DNA from: Bdellovibrionales bacterium | GTDB taxonomy: Bacteria; Bdellovibrionota; Bdellovibrionia; Bdellovibrionales; UBA1609 | Reading direction: 5' to 3' | DNA: 64,000 bases | Assembly (NCBI GenBank): GCA_027317865.1 | Contig: DAHVQG010000002.1 | Location: 160,001-224,000 of the forward strand | Part shown: piece by piece, positions 38,564 through 48,082 of the stretch | Position numbering within the stretch: the first letter of the stretch is position 1 | Layout: every line of letters begins with the position of its first letter | The notes under the pieces: model-generated | The model's database searches: none | What the model saw: the letters and a program-made list of their open reading frames with translations, nothing else | Told to the model about the DNA's origin: nothing | Made by a program: the position numbers and the translations under genes

Positions 38564-38617
38564 ACAAGCCTCCGTGCGCCGGCTTTGTAACGCTGTCGCC
38601 GCCTCGCACTCTAGTTT

Positions 38618-38821
38618 AAAAAAATGAGGGAAAGTGAGTCAGGTGCTACGCGCATCCTGCGCGCTCTTCCAGCAAACTATCGGTAAACTTATCACCTAAA
38701 CATTTGCCCCATGTCTCCTGCCAGACATCTGGAATCTCTTGACCATCCATGGCCAAACGCTCTCTAACTCACTCCTCCCCCCGGGCGAAAAATCCACCAC
38801 ATCCATATGTCAGATTTTTCG
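38618..38821 (-). ncRNA. Candidate CsrA-binding (Csr/Rsm-like) structured RNA in the flgI-flgJ intergenic region
   Basis: Closing stem 38764-38780/38626-38642 (16 of 17 positions pair, with G-U pairs only on the minus strand) and U7 tail. Hairpin loops carry AUGGAU (x2), CAGGAG and CAGGAUG. Confidence 0.65.
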
Positions 38822-38824
38822 TTT

Positions 38825-39832
38825 TCATATAACCTTCAACTCCGCCTGCAGTGCGCCTGCGGCTTTAATAGCTTCTAAAATTGTAATCAAATCTTTCGGC
38901 GAAACACCCATTTGATTCATCGCTTTTACAATGGCTCCGACGCTTGCCGAGTTGTTCAGCATAAACATTTTGCCGCCTTTGCCTTTGGATTTTTCCGAAT
39001 TGCCAACGCGAATTGACAAATTACCGTGCGAAATAGCAACGGGCGAAATTTTAACGCCGCTGCCAATCACAACAGTTCCCGTATTTTCATCCACCACAAC
39101 TTCAGCCTTCATATCAGGTGAAACATTCAAGTTTTCAATCGTTGCAAGAAGTTCAACACCTTTGCCTTCGTATGAAGGGGGCGTGATGAGATTAATCGTG
39201 CCCGCGTCAAGAGCCGAGGCATATTGGCCGCCGAGCTCCATGTTAATCGCTTTTACGATTCGAGCTGCCGTCGTAAAATCGGGATTGTGCAGAGTTAAAC
39301 GAAACATGTTTCGGTCGGCGAAATCGCTGCCGAGATCGCGCTCAATGATCGCGCCGTCGGGTATGCGCCCAACTGTTTCATGAACACCGCCTGAATTCGA
39401 CCCGACAAGAATTGACCCTTGTGCTACCGCGTAGGTTTGTTGATTGGCAGCACGTAATGGAGTTTGAACGAGCATTCCCCCACGCAAACTTTTCGCATCG
39501 CCGATCGAACTCACCGTTACATCAATTTGGTTGCCGGCGCGTGCAAAAGGCGGGAGTGTCGCAGTCACAATCACGGCCGCCACGTTTTTTGTGGCTAAAT
39601 TTTTATTATTTAATTTCATTCCTAATCGGTCGAGCATGCGACCGACGCTCGTATTCGTAAATGGCATTTTGTTGTCGCCGGTCCCAGCGAGGCCCACGAC
39701 GAGCCCATATCCCACCAATTGATTTGTTCGCACGCCACGGACATTCGCGATATCTTTTATGCGCTCCGCGTGAGCATTCAAGCCCAATGCGACAATTACA
39801 ATGAGTATTTGTAAAACGATAAATGCTCGCAT
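38825..39832 (-). CDS. flgI: Flagellar P-ring protein
   Basis: RIKDIANVRGVRTNQLVGYGLVVGLAGTGD; AGALQAEL. Confidence 0.97.
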   Translation of the reverse strand: MRAFIVLQILIVIVALGLNAHAERIKDIANVRGVRTNQLVGYGLVVGLAGTGDNKMPFTNTSVGRMLDRLGMKLNNKNLATKNVAAVIVTATLPPFARAGNQIDVTVSSIGDAKSLRGGMLVQTPLRAANQQTYAVAQGSILVGSNSGGVHETVGRIPDGAIIERDLGSDFADRNMFRLTLHNPDFTTAARIVKAINMELGGQYASALDAGTINLITPPSYEGKGVELLATIENLNVSPDMKAEVVVDENTGTVVIGSGVKISPVAISHGNLSIRVGNSEKSKGKGGKMFMLNNSASVGAIVKAMNQMGVSPKDLITILEAIKAAGALQAELKVI

Positions 39833-39833
39833 G

Positions 39834-40586
39834 TCAGTAATCTCCCAGATCTGCGCCCTTTGCGCTGACAATGTCGAAGTTTCCGTTGAGGAGTTGGGTC
39901 GCGTCGATCCCCTGGTCGTTGAAATCTTCGGAGCGAACAATTCCCGAAACAATGACTTTATACTCGCGCGGCCCAATTAAAAATGTTTGCAAGCCGCGTA
40001 CGCGATAATTGCCATTCACCAATCGGCCAACAACGCGAGCTGGTACCATGTGAACCTTAAAGGCGTAGTTTGAACCGGGATTATTTAACGCCGGCGACTT
40101 CGCCGCTGCGCCTTTCGCACCTTTGACCGCAGTGTTGGCAGGTGCATTAGAAGTCGACGAAGGCGCACGTAAACCGACTATCATCCGCCGCCTTGCCGCC
40201 AACTGCGCCAGCAACTTTGCAATCACTTGCGCCTTAGCAGCAAGCTGAGCCTGAGGGTCGCCGTTAAGTATGATCGGAATCGGATCCCCGACCATGTGTA
40301 CAGTATTTTGCGAAAATAAGTAGGCGCCTTGACCTTGCATCACCCAAAGCGATCCGGCATCACTGCCAAGATGCGCCTGGTGTTCAAGATCTGCAGCCGT
40401 CACATGATGGTATTGCCGATAAATGCTTGGTTCGACATTATTTTGTTCGTTGTAAGTAAGTGGTTGGGGCGCCGCTGGAGCTGGCGAAACTCCGCCATTC
40501 ACAAAATTTCTCCACCGCTCACCGAGTGTCGTGCAATTCGTCAGAGAAAATAAAAATAAAGCAAGCATTATCGCTCTGACGGTCAT
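39834..40586 (-). CDS. flgH: Flagellar L-ring protein (divergent)
   Basis: LTNC lipobox; GSLW; VGD; ARVV..LVNGN; VSGIVRSED; position between flgA and flgI. Confidence 0.8.
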   Translation of the reverse strand: MTVRAIMLALFLFSLTNCTTLGERWRNFVNGGVSPAPAAPQPLTYNEQNNVEPSIYRQYHHVTAADLEHQAHLGSDAGSLWVMQGQGAYLFSQNTVHMVGDPIPIILNGDPQAQLAAKAQVIAKLLAQLAARRRMIVGLRAPSSTSNAPANTAVKGAKGAAAKSPALNNPGSNYAFKVHMVPARVVGRLVNGNYRVRGLQTFLIGPREYKVIVSGIVRSEDFNDQGIDATQLLNGNFDIVSAKGADLGDY

Positions 40587-41512
40587 TGCAACTCCACAAG
40601 TCCCGGCCCGACGACGCGGGCTGCGAAAACTTTTTTTGTTTCAATGTTTTTTACGTTAACAAAATCACCGACAAAACCCGCTTGCTCGGCTTTAGCTAGA
40701 AGACTGACCCGCCAAGAGCCGACACCGGACCTGACTCGCACGATCTGGCCGTATTGAACCGCCTGCTCTCTCACTAAAGAACTGCGCCAAATAATCTGGC
40801 CGGCGTTCATCATTGCCGCTATTTCGTGACCAAGCATTTGTTTCGCGTTAGGTGTGTTGTCTGTTGCATAGGTGACATTGCGCCATTCAAATCTGAAGTC
40901 ATCAGCCGTAATCCGCATTCCACCGTAAAGGCTGCGGGTGAGAACCGGAACGCGCTTTCGAATTTCTAATTCGCCATTTATCCAATAAATCGCGGGTTCA
41001 TGGGTTGCCGTCACAAAAATCAACTTTTGCGCAAAATGACCGCGCGGTACTTGATCGGGCTGCTCCAAAATCCATTTATCGTTGGCATACTTAGGTGAAA
41101 TCACCGGCATCTGAAGCTCTTTAATAATTAGCCGGCAATGGTCGCAAAGAGGCTGCCAGGCGGCCAGAAGCTTTTGCCGTATGGTCGACGCGTTTGCGGT
41201 ATATCCGTTGTTTACAACGGTAATGCTATGGGGAATTTGAAAATTGAACTTTCGTAAAGCGGGATGAATGCGAATGGCCATTGCCAATTTTTGAGCAGTC
41301 AATATGCGCTCGGCTCCCAATTTTGGAGCCCTACCTAATTTAACAGACTGAAGCGCTGCAACTGTTTCAGGGCTAAGGCCGTCCGATGAAACAAGATCGT
41401 TGAGAGAAATGATCGCCTTTTTTGTGACTTGATTATAAGGCCTCACCGAAATCACTTGCGCAAAAGCGACACTACTTAAAAATAAAACGATAACAGCTAA
41501 ACGAATTCGCAC
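40583..41512 (-). CDS. flgA: P-ring formation chaperone
   Basis: SAF-like domain; AEQAGFVGDFVNVKNIETKK..ARVVGPG. Confidence 0.88.
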   Translation of the reverse strand: MRIRLAVIVLFLSSVAFAQVISVRPYNQVTKKAIISLNDLVSSDGLSPETVAALQSVKLGRAPKLGAERILTAQKLAMAIRIHPALRKFNFQIPHSITVVNNGYTANASTIRQKLLAAWQPLCDHCRLIIKELQMPVISPKYANDKWILEQPDQVPRGHFAQKLIFVTATHEPAIYWINGELEIRKRVPVLTRSLYGGMRITADDFRFEWRNVTYATDNTPNAKQMLGHEIAAMMNAGQIIWRSSLVREQAVQYGQIVRVRSGVGSWRVSLLAKAEQAGFVGDFVNVKNIETKKVFAARVVGPGLVELQ

Positions 41513-41516
41513 AAAA

Positions 41517-42305
41517 CTACCTCAATGTGTTTACAGCTTGTAGCATTTGATCGGCGGCTTGAATCACTTTGCCGTCGGTTTCAAATGCTCTCTGCGCTGT
41601 GATCATGTTGACCATTTCATCCACAATATTTACGTTACTGCCTTCAAGTTGGCCCTGCGCAATCGTACCCAAACCGTTTTGGCCAGGTACGGCTTGCTGT
41701 GCAATACCGCTGGAATTCGACGGCACATACAAGTTGTCGCCGATGCTTTTTAACCCGGCCGGATTTATGAAATTCACAATCTGAATTTGACCGACGTTTT
41801 GCGGATTAATGTTGTTTGGGAGTGTCACCTGAACCATGCCATCGCTGGTGATCTGAACTCCGGTGGTATTTTCTGGTATGGTAATTTCGGGTTGCAAAAC
41901 ATTGCCGTTGTCATCTTGCAACCGGCCATCCGCGCCTTTTTTAAATTCACCGTCGCGAGTGTAGGCCGTTTGACCGTTGGCCATTTGCACTTGAAAAAAT
42001 CCTGGTCCTTCGATTTCCATATCAAACGGAGCATTCGTGACCTTCGACGGCCCTTGCGTAAATGTCTTTGTCACCGCCGCAGTTTTTGTCCCAAGGCCAA
42101 TTTGAACTCCTGTCGGAGAAACAGAATTGGCGCCGGTCGCCGTACCTGGGTCTTTGATGTTTTCGTAAAGCAAATCTTCGAACTCAGCACGCGCGCGTTT
42201 AAAGCCAACAGTTGAGACGTTCGCAATATTGTTGGCAATGACATCAATGTTGTTCTGCTGGGCCTTCATGCCGGTTGCAGCAGTGTTGAGTGCTTTAAAC
42301 ATCAT
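41517..42305 (-). CDS. flgG: Distal rod protein
   Basis: AATGMKAQQ..IANNIANV; YTRDG; SNVNIVDEMVNMITAQRA. Confidence 0.96.
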   Translation of the reverse strand: MMFKALNTAATGMKAQQNNIDVIANNIANVSTVGFKRARAEFEDLLYENIKDPGTATGANSVSPTGVQIGLGTKTAAVTKTFTQGPSKVTNAPFDMEIEGPGFFQVQMANGQTAYTRDGEFKKGADGRLQDDNGNVLQPEITIPENTTGVQITSDGMVQVTLPNNINPQNVGQIQIVNFINPAGLKSIGDNLYVPSNSSGIAQQAVPGQNGLGTIAQGQLEGSNVNIVDEMVNMITAQRAFETDGKVIQAADQMLQAVNTLR

Positions 42306-42317
42306 AGCTCCTTATCA

Positions 42318-43130
42318 TCACGGCGACACCACCTTCGGAACATCGTTATCAAGTTCACCCTCCATTTGATCAAAGGTGTGCATGGCATTTCGATTTGCTT
42401 GAAATGTCCGGGTCGCCTCGATCATTTTGGTCATTTCGTTCACAATGTTGACGTTACTCATTTCAAGATAGCCTTGATGTATCTTAAAATTGTTTGCCTG
42501 GTGTGGCGTTTCTTTGTAATTGGGCTTTAGGGTGTATAAACTGTTGCCAACTTTCTGGAGCGCGTCCGTATCTTTGACATTGACCACCGCCAATTTGCCA
42601 AGTGGATTATCGTTCTCGAAAATATCTCCGGAATATCCGATCGTAAGGTTACCGCTTGTTAAATGAATAATTCGATTGGAGGGATTGCTATTCCCGGCAC
42701 GTAAAACAGGATAACCGTCTGACGTAACGAGCTCGCCTTGCGCGTTAATCTTAAAAGCACCGTTGCGCGTAAGTTTTACTCCTGAAGGAGTTTGAACTTC
42801 AAAAAATCCGTGACCTTCGATCGCGACGTCCAAAGGGTTTCCGGTAATTTTTAATGCGCCCTGACCGAAATCGGTAAATGTCCCGTGTGAATCGACGTAA
42901 GCTGTTTCGGTGCCTTGAGTGTTGTAAAAACTGTTAACTGAGGCTGTTATTCTTGGAACGGTATTGGTCTCTATGGGTTTTTGCTCAACTGTCACGTAGT
43001 CGCTAAACACCTGGCCGTCCTTTTTGAATCCGGTTGTGTCGACGTTTGCAATATTGTTGGCAATTGTGTCGAGCCGTTGGCTTTGCGCCATTGCTCCACT
43101 TAACGCCGCATATATTCCGTTACCGCTCAC
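42318..43130 (-). CDS. flgF: Proximal rod protein
   Basis: GIYAALSG; ANNIANVDTTGFK; TGNPLDVAI; LEMSNVN. Confidence 0.9.
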   Translation of the reverse strand: MSGNGIYAALSGAMAQSQRLDTIANNIANVDTTGFKKDGQVFSDYVTVEQKPIETNTVPRITASVNSFYNTQGTETAYVDSHGTFTDFGQGALKITGNPLDVAIEGHGFFEVQTPSGVKLTRNGAFKINAQGELVTSDGYPVLRAGNSNPSNRIIHLTSGNLTIGYSGDIFENDNPLGKLAVVNVKDTDALQKVGNSLYTLKPNYKETPHQANNFKIHQGYLEMSNVNIVNEMTKMIEATRTFQANRNAMHTFDQMEGELDNDVPKVVSP

Positions 43131-43152
43131 CTAGACCTCCAACTTATAAAAA

Positions 43153-43168
43153 AGCAACGAGCATGCCA
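43153..43168 (-). promoter_or_regulatory. sigma54 promoter of the flgF operon
   Basis: TGGCAT-GCTCG-TTGCT. Confidence 0.8.
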
Positions 43169-43393
43169 CATCACTAAAAACTCGACCTTCGCTTTGTCTG
43201 CCTATTGGTCTAAGACACGTTTTTTTTAAAATTTCTCTGTAGTTATTTTAGAATTTTGCCGATGAGTCGCCGCTCAGACATTAGCCGGCCCCCGGTCATT
43301 CTAGTCTGAAGTCGAGTAAATTCCGCCAGAAACCTGACGCTAAACCATCGTCATTTTGACTGCGCAACAACTGAAGTTTTAAAATAAAAGTTC

Positions 43394-44371
43394 GTGAAAC
43401 GCTTATCTTTAAGTTACTTAACAATTTTGGCCACGGGCATTTGCACATCGTGGTGCGTATTCGCTTCGGTGAGTTTGGCCGCACCCACTTATCCGCTTCT
43501 GGCGCCTCCGCCGATACCTGTTCAACGGCAATTGAGAAGACGAAGTGAGTTTTCGGTAAACGGACCGTATTTCAATTTGCCTGTCACTTATAATTCAAGA
43601 GTCAAACAATGGATACAGTACTATCAAGGTCCCGGCCGGCATATTTTCAAAATCTGGCTTGATCGGTCATATCGTTATTTACCAAGAATCAAGCCGGTAC
43701 TTATCGCGCGTGGGCTCCCAAGCGATCTTGCTTATCTGGCTATGATTGAAAGCGGCTTCTCGCGCTTTGCCGTCAGTTCGGCTAATGCGGTTGGCCCATG
43801 GCAATTTATAAAATCAACGGCAAGGCGCTACGGCTTACGAGTGAGCTGGTGGATTGACGAACGTCGCGACGTCGTCAAAAGTACGATTGCCGCGGCAACC
43901 TACTTAAACCATCTCCATGTGATGTTTCACTCGTGGTATTTAGCGGCGGCCGCCTACAATATGGGTGAGCGTCGCGTTCAAGAGTTGATCGCGCGTTATC
44001 ATACCGACAATTATTGGATCTTATCGAAAAAGCGCGATTTTCCGCTCGAGACGGAACAATATATTCCCAAATTGATTGCGGCTATGCTGATAGCCAAGGC
44101 GCCCGGTTTATACGGTTTTCGCGATTTGGATCCGCTTTTACCGTTACGGTACGACGTTTTTAACGCCCCAGGCGGAACCGACCTCGTTTCGCTCGCTCGT
44201 TATTTGGGGTTGCCTAGCAATGCGATTACACATCTTAACCCTGAAATAATTAGAGGATTTATCCCCTATACCCTCCGTTCATTTAAAATACGAATTCCAA
44301 TCGGCGATCTGGCTAAGGCGCGCCGTTTCGCTCAATCACGATTTGCAATGACGGACGTAGCGACGGAATAG
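43394..44371 (+). CDS. MltD-like lytic transglycosylase
   Basis: LAMIESGF, AVGPWQF, AAAYNMGE, ETEQYIPK, LNPE. Confidence 0.9.
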   Translation: MKRLSLSYLTILATGICTSWCVFASVSLAAPTYPLLAPPPIPVQRQLRRRSEFSVNGPYFNLPVTYNSRVKQWIQYYQGPGRHIFKIWLDRSYRYLPRIKPVLIARGLPSDLAYLAMIESGFSRFAVSSANAVGPWQFIKSTARRYGLRVSWWIDERRDVVKSTIAAATYLNHLHVMFHSWYLAAAAYNMGERRVQELIARYHTDNYWILSKKRDFPLETEQYIPKLIAAMLIAKAPGLYGFRDLDPLLPLRYDVFNAPGGTDLVSLARYLGLPSNAITHLNPEIIRGFIPYTLRSFKIRIPIGDLAKARRFAQSRFAMTDVATE

Positions 44372-44417
44372 CGTCGCAGTTGCAATATTGTTCAACTTGT
44401 TCTACAGCCACAGTCAA

Positions 44418-45620
44418 ATGCCATCACAACTCTTTGTTTTGAAATTCGGCGGCTCAAGTCTTGCGACACCTGATAAGATCCAGTCAGTTGCCGAACGAAT
44501 AGCAACCATGGCAAAAATGGGCCGACAACTTGTCGTCGTCGTAAGTGCCATGGGTGAAACAACCAACGACTTGCTTCAACTTGCTCAAAGGGTGAGCCCA
44601 CATCCCAACCGTCGTGAACTTGACATGCTTCTCACTACCGGGGAGCGAATTTCAATGTCTCTCCTCTCAATGGCGCTGCACGATCGCGGATGTTCATCAA
44701 TCAGTTTCACCGGAAGCCAGGCTGGTGTTCTGACCGATGGCGCGTTTTCAAATGCCGATATTTTAGATATTCGCCCGATTCGTGTCGCACGCGAATTACG
44801 CCGCCGCCGCGTTGTCGTGCTGGCGGGTTTTCAAGGCGTTGATCCGAAAACGAAAGAAATTACCACTCTCGGTCGTGGCGGAAGTGATACGACTGCAGTC
44901 GCAATGGCTTCGGTATTGAAAGCGCGAAGTTGCGAAATATATAAGGACGTCGACGGTGTTTTAGGCGCCGACCCCAAAATTATTCCGAATGCACCACTGT
45001 ATAAAACTATCCCGCTAGATATTCTTCATGAGTTTTGTAACTGGGGAGCTAAAATTTTAAACGTTCGCTCCGTCGAATGGGCAATTCGCGGCCGTGTGCC
45101 TATTTCGCTCGGCCGTTCGAGCGATTTCGTGCTTGGTACCAAAGTTACAAACGATCAACGACGCAACCCCAATTCTCGCACCAATTTAAACGGCAAAATT
45201 ATCGGCGTTCACTCCCATTCCGATGTCGCAGAACTTTTCGTTAAGCGCCGAACCCAATCGCTTGCCGTGAAAACATTATGCCATGATCTCACGGCGCACT
45301 CATTGCCAATGCCAAAAATTCTCTATGCTCAAGACGAGAAATCGGGCGTGCGTCTATTTGTCACTCTTGACTCGGAAACACTGGCGCAAATCGTCCACGC
45401 GATACGAACCTCAAAGTCCATTGAACTTCAACGCGACGACCTTTCGTCAGTTGCGCTCACGCGGACACATTCTAAACGGCACGGTCAGCCTGCCGAAATC
45501 AAAAGTAATCAAGCCGTCTATTGTTTTAACACTCAATGGAGCGAGATTTCTATTCTACCTCGCTCCGAAAGAATTGATTTTATGAAATATGTCGGCGACA
45601 CGGTTTTTGCAAAACCGTAA
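44418..45620 (+). CDS. lysC: Aspartate kinase with degenerate ACT region
   Basis: KFGGSS, VVSAMGETT, TTLGRGGSDTTA, DVDGV. Confidence 0.85.
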   Translation: MPSQLFVLKFGGSSLATPDKIQSVAERIATMAKMGRQLVVVVSAMGETTNDLLQLAQRVSPHPNRRELDMLLTTGERISMSLLSMALHDRGCSSISFTGSQAGVLTDGAFSNADILDIRPIRVARELRRRRVVVLAGFQGVDPKTKEITTLGRGGSDTTAVAMASVLKARSCEIYKDVDGVLGADPKIIPNAPLYKTIPLDILHEFCNWGAKILNVRSVEWAIRGRVPISLGRSSDFVLGTKVTNDQRRNPNSRTNLNGKIIGVHSHSDVAELFVKRRTQSLAVKTLCHDLTAHSLPMPKILYAQDEKSGVRLFVTLDSETLAQIVHAIRTSKSIELQRDDLSSVALTRTHSKRHGQPAEIKSNQAVYCFNTQWSEISILPRSERIDFMKYVGDTVFAKP

Positions 45621-45627
45621 CTACAAT

Positions 45628-46668
45628 TCAAAGCCCGCCAAAGGGCGTGTAAACATGCATTGTATAACCCGAAAAGACCATGTCGCTCGGCGCGCAGATC
45701 GTTCCGTAAAAATCAACGCCGTTTGAACGCAGGTTTTGTTCGACCCGAGAGCGATCGGCCATGCACTCACCAAAAGTTTGATAGCGTATCGTGTCGGCAT
45801 CAATATCTTCGTCCACGCCGTTGGCGTACTTACCAATTGCAACAAGCTGATATTGAGCGGAATTGTCTTCATGACAAATCACATTCACGTCGGCCCTCTT
45901 GAAAGTGTTAAATATCATGTGCGCTTCTGGCAGCTGTACTTGACACTGCGATAGCTTATTAAAAAATGGGCCTGTCATATCCGAAATTTGCTCACCGATC
46001 GACGAATAGTAAAAGACAATCCGATTGTTATCAAAAACCACATGCCCACCGTATTTTTTGATCATAAGGCTTGCGGAGTGAACGATGTCAGAAACCGGCG
46101 CGCCAAAGCTCTCACTTGAAAATTGAAACGGTTTAAACCCATAAAGGTAAGCTTTCGATTGGCCGAAACCGTCGATCACAAGTGACCAACTTGCGTTGGT
46201 CAAATCATTACCCGAATCACAGCGGGCGTCGACTGCCTTAAGCCCCGAGTACCGCTCGAAATAAACGAGTTGTTGAGCGCGAGCCGATAAGCAGGCCCGA
46301 TAGGATGAAAAAAGGCCGCCTGAAACAGTCGAGCCGCCTTCAAAATCAATCCCACCAAAAATTGTTTTGTACGGAATCAATTGCCCGCTAGCCCTGTAAT
46401 TGACGACGACGACGTATTGCTTATAATTTTCGCCGAGATTACTGAGATTCTGCTCTGCCTGGCAAGAGCCCACCACGTCTTGGGCGTGTGTCGCGGCCAA
46501 GAATTTTTTTGCTAAGCTTTGCGCGGCGCTTTGACACGAAACTCCGTTGGCAGGAATCACAACCCGATAAGAATATGCGCTAAGTGATTGAGCTCGCGCA
46601 TTTGGAATGCTCGCACTAGCTACGACCCCAAACGAGATTGCCGCTAAAATTATTTGAAATGGCTTCAT
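45628..46668 (-). CDS. Secreted Cys-containing hypothetical protein
   Basis: Signal peptide ending ARA; paired Cys; GGGGGA SD. Confidence 0.75.
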   Translation of the reverse strand: MKPFQIILAAISFGVVASASIPNARAQSLSAYSYRVVIPANGVSCQSAAQSLAKKFLAATHAQDVVGSCQAEQNLSNLGENYKQYVVVVNYRASGQLIPYKTIFGGIDFEGGSTVSGGLFSSYRACLSARAQQLVYFERYSGLKAVDARCDSGNDLTNASWSLVIDGFGQSKAYLYGFKPFQFSSESFGAPVSDIVHSASLMIKKYGGHVVFDNNRIVFYYSSIGEQISDMTGPFFNKLSQCQVQLPEAHMIFNTFKRADVNVICHEDNSAQYQLVAIGKYANGVDEDIDADTIRYQTFGECMADRSRVEQNLRSNGVDFYGTICAPSDMVFSGYTMHVYTPFGGL

Positions 46669-46696
46669 GATTCCCCCCTTATTTGTGTCTTAAGGC

Positions 46697-47827
46697 TTAA
46701 TGTTTCTTCGGCGCTTTCTCCACAGTTTTTTCAACTCTTTCGGCTGCCACGGCTTTTGCGGCCGGTTCTTCTTGAGCCGCTTTGTCTTTGTGAATCGTGG
46801 CGCTTAAAATTTGCGCCCGCAAATCTTGAGTCACCTTAGGATTTTCTTTCAAATACCGAATCACTTGTTCGCGACCTTGTCCGATGCGCTCACTTTTGTA
46901 CGCATACCACGCGCCTGATTTGTCGAGCAAACTGTGTTTGACGCCAAGGTCGACAATATCTCCCTCGAGTGAAATGCCGTCGCCGTACATCAAGTCAAAT
47001 TCGACTTTTGCAAAAGGTGGCGCCATTTTATTTTTTACCACTTTGACAGCGGTTCGCGAACCTACGACATCTTCGCCATTTTTGATGGCACCGATACGAC
47101 GCACATCAAGCCGTACTGACGAATAAAATTTCAGCGCATTGCCGCCGGTCGTAGTTTCAGGGTTGCCGAACATCACGCCGAGTTTCATGCGAATTTGATT
47201 GATGAATATCACAAGTGTATTCGATCGTGCGATCGCCGCTGTGAGTTTGCGTAAAGCTTGCGACATCAGCCGCGCATGTAACCCCATGTGGGAGTCACCC
47301 ATTTCACCCTCAATTTCGGCTCGTGGTGTCAGCGCCGCAACGGAGTCAATAACCATAATGTCAACCGCTCCCGAACGCACGAGAGTTTCGGCGATCTCAA
47401 GTGCCTGCTCGCCGGTATCGGGTTGCGAGATGAGCATTTCTTTTGTGTTCACACCAAGTTTGTGAGCATAACCGGCGTCGAGCGCATGTTCGGCATCGAT
47501 AAACGCCGCTGTGCCGCCGGCTTTTTGCGCTTGTGCAATGGTCGAGAGAGCAAGCGTCGTTTTACCTGAACTTTCAGGTCCGAACACTTCAACAATACGG
47601 CCGCGCGGGAGGCCACCGATTCCAAGAGCAATATCGAGGCTCAAAGCGCCAGTTGAAATGATCGGCACGTTTTCAAACAAGCTTTGACCACCGCCGAGTT
47701 TCATGATGGAGCCTTTACCGAATTGCTTTTCAATTGCGGCAAGCGCGAGCTCCAACGCTTTAGCTTTGTCGTTGTCAGTGGTTCGATCTAATTTTTCTGT
47801 GTTGCGAGATTGCGAAATTGTGGACAT
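46697..47827 (-). CDS. recA: Recombinase A
   Basis: [23 protein letters not shown]. Confidence 0.99.
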   Translation of the reverse strand: MSTISQSRNTEKLDRTTDNDKAKALELALAAIEKQFGKGSIMKLGGGQSLFENVPIISTGALSLDIALGIGGLPRGRIVEVFGPESSGKTTLALSTIAQAQKAGGTAAFIDAEHALDAGYAHKLGVNTKEMLISQPDTGEQALEIAETLVRSGAVDIMVIDSVAALTPRAEIEGEMGDSHMGLHARLMSQALRKLTAAIARSNTLVIFINQIRMKLGVMFGNPETTTGGNALKFYSSVRLDVRRIGAIKNGEDVVGSRTAVKVVKNKMAPPFAKVEFDLMYGDGISLEGDIVDLGVKHSLLDKSGAWYAYKSERIGQGREQVIRYLKENPKVTQDLRAQILSATIHKDKAAQEEPAAKAVAAERVEKTVEKAPKKH

Positions 47828-48082
47828 TTTGCCTCCTTCTTATAAGCCTCATTTATCTCAACTGTTAGACACAAAAACCGTAGCAGTTCAGCCCACCCTT
47901 TGCAAAACGGCGTGCCGCCGTGAGCTGCAAATTGCGTCGTTGACAGTCTATTGCTTGTCCGCATAGATCCGGCTTTCGACCTCGTGCTGTGCATTTCCGG
48001 CTCAATGACTAAAGGCAGAGCCAAAGGATTTAGAAAAAATGACTTCCCAATTGGCACCAAGTCGGCGAAATCTCAAGCGTTT

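Noticed and set aside
38677-38706. Internal sigma28 promoter (ACCGATAG) inside the element
   Set aside because: The nearest -35-like CAAA is 18 bp away, outside the 15-16 bp spacing.
38626-38780. 6S RNA, tRNA or tmRNA identity for the flgI-flgJ element
   Set aside because: It folds as a multi-branch structure, not a rod with a central bubble, and has no TTCGA T-loop or CCA end.
43310-43360. Possible c-di-GMP-I riboswitch (GAAA...GACGCUAAACC) before mltD
   Set aside because: The stem around GAAA cannot pair and the GGCAAAC motif is absent.
47828-47950. LexA box upstream of recA (GTTCAGC half-site)
   Set aside because: No matching second half-site for any LexA consensus I know.
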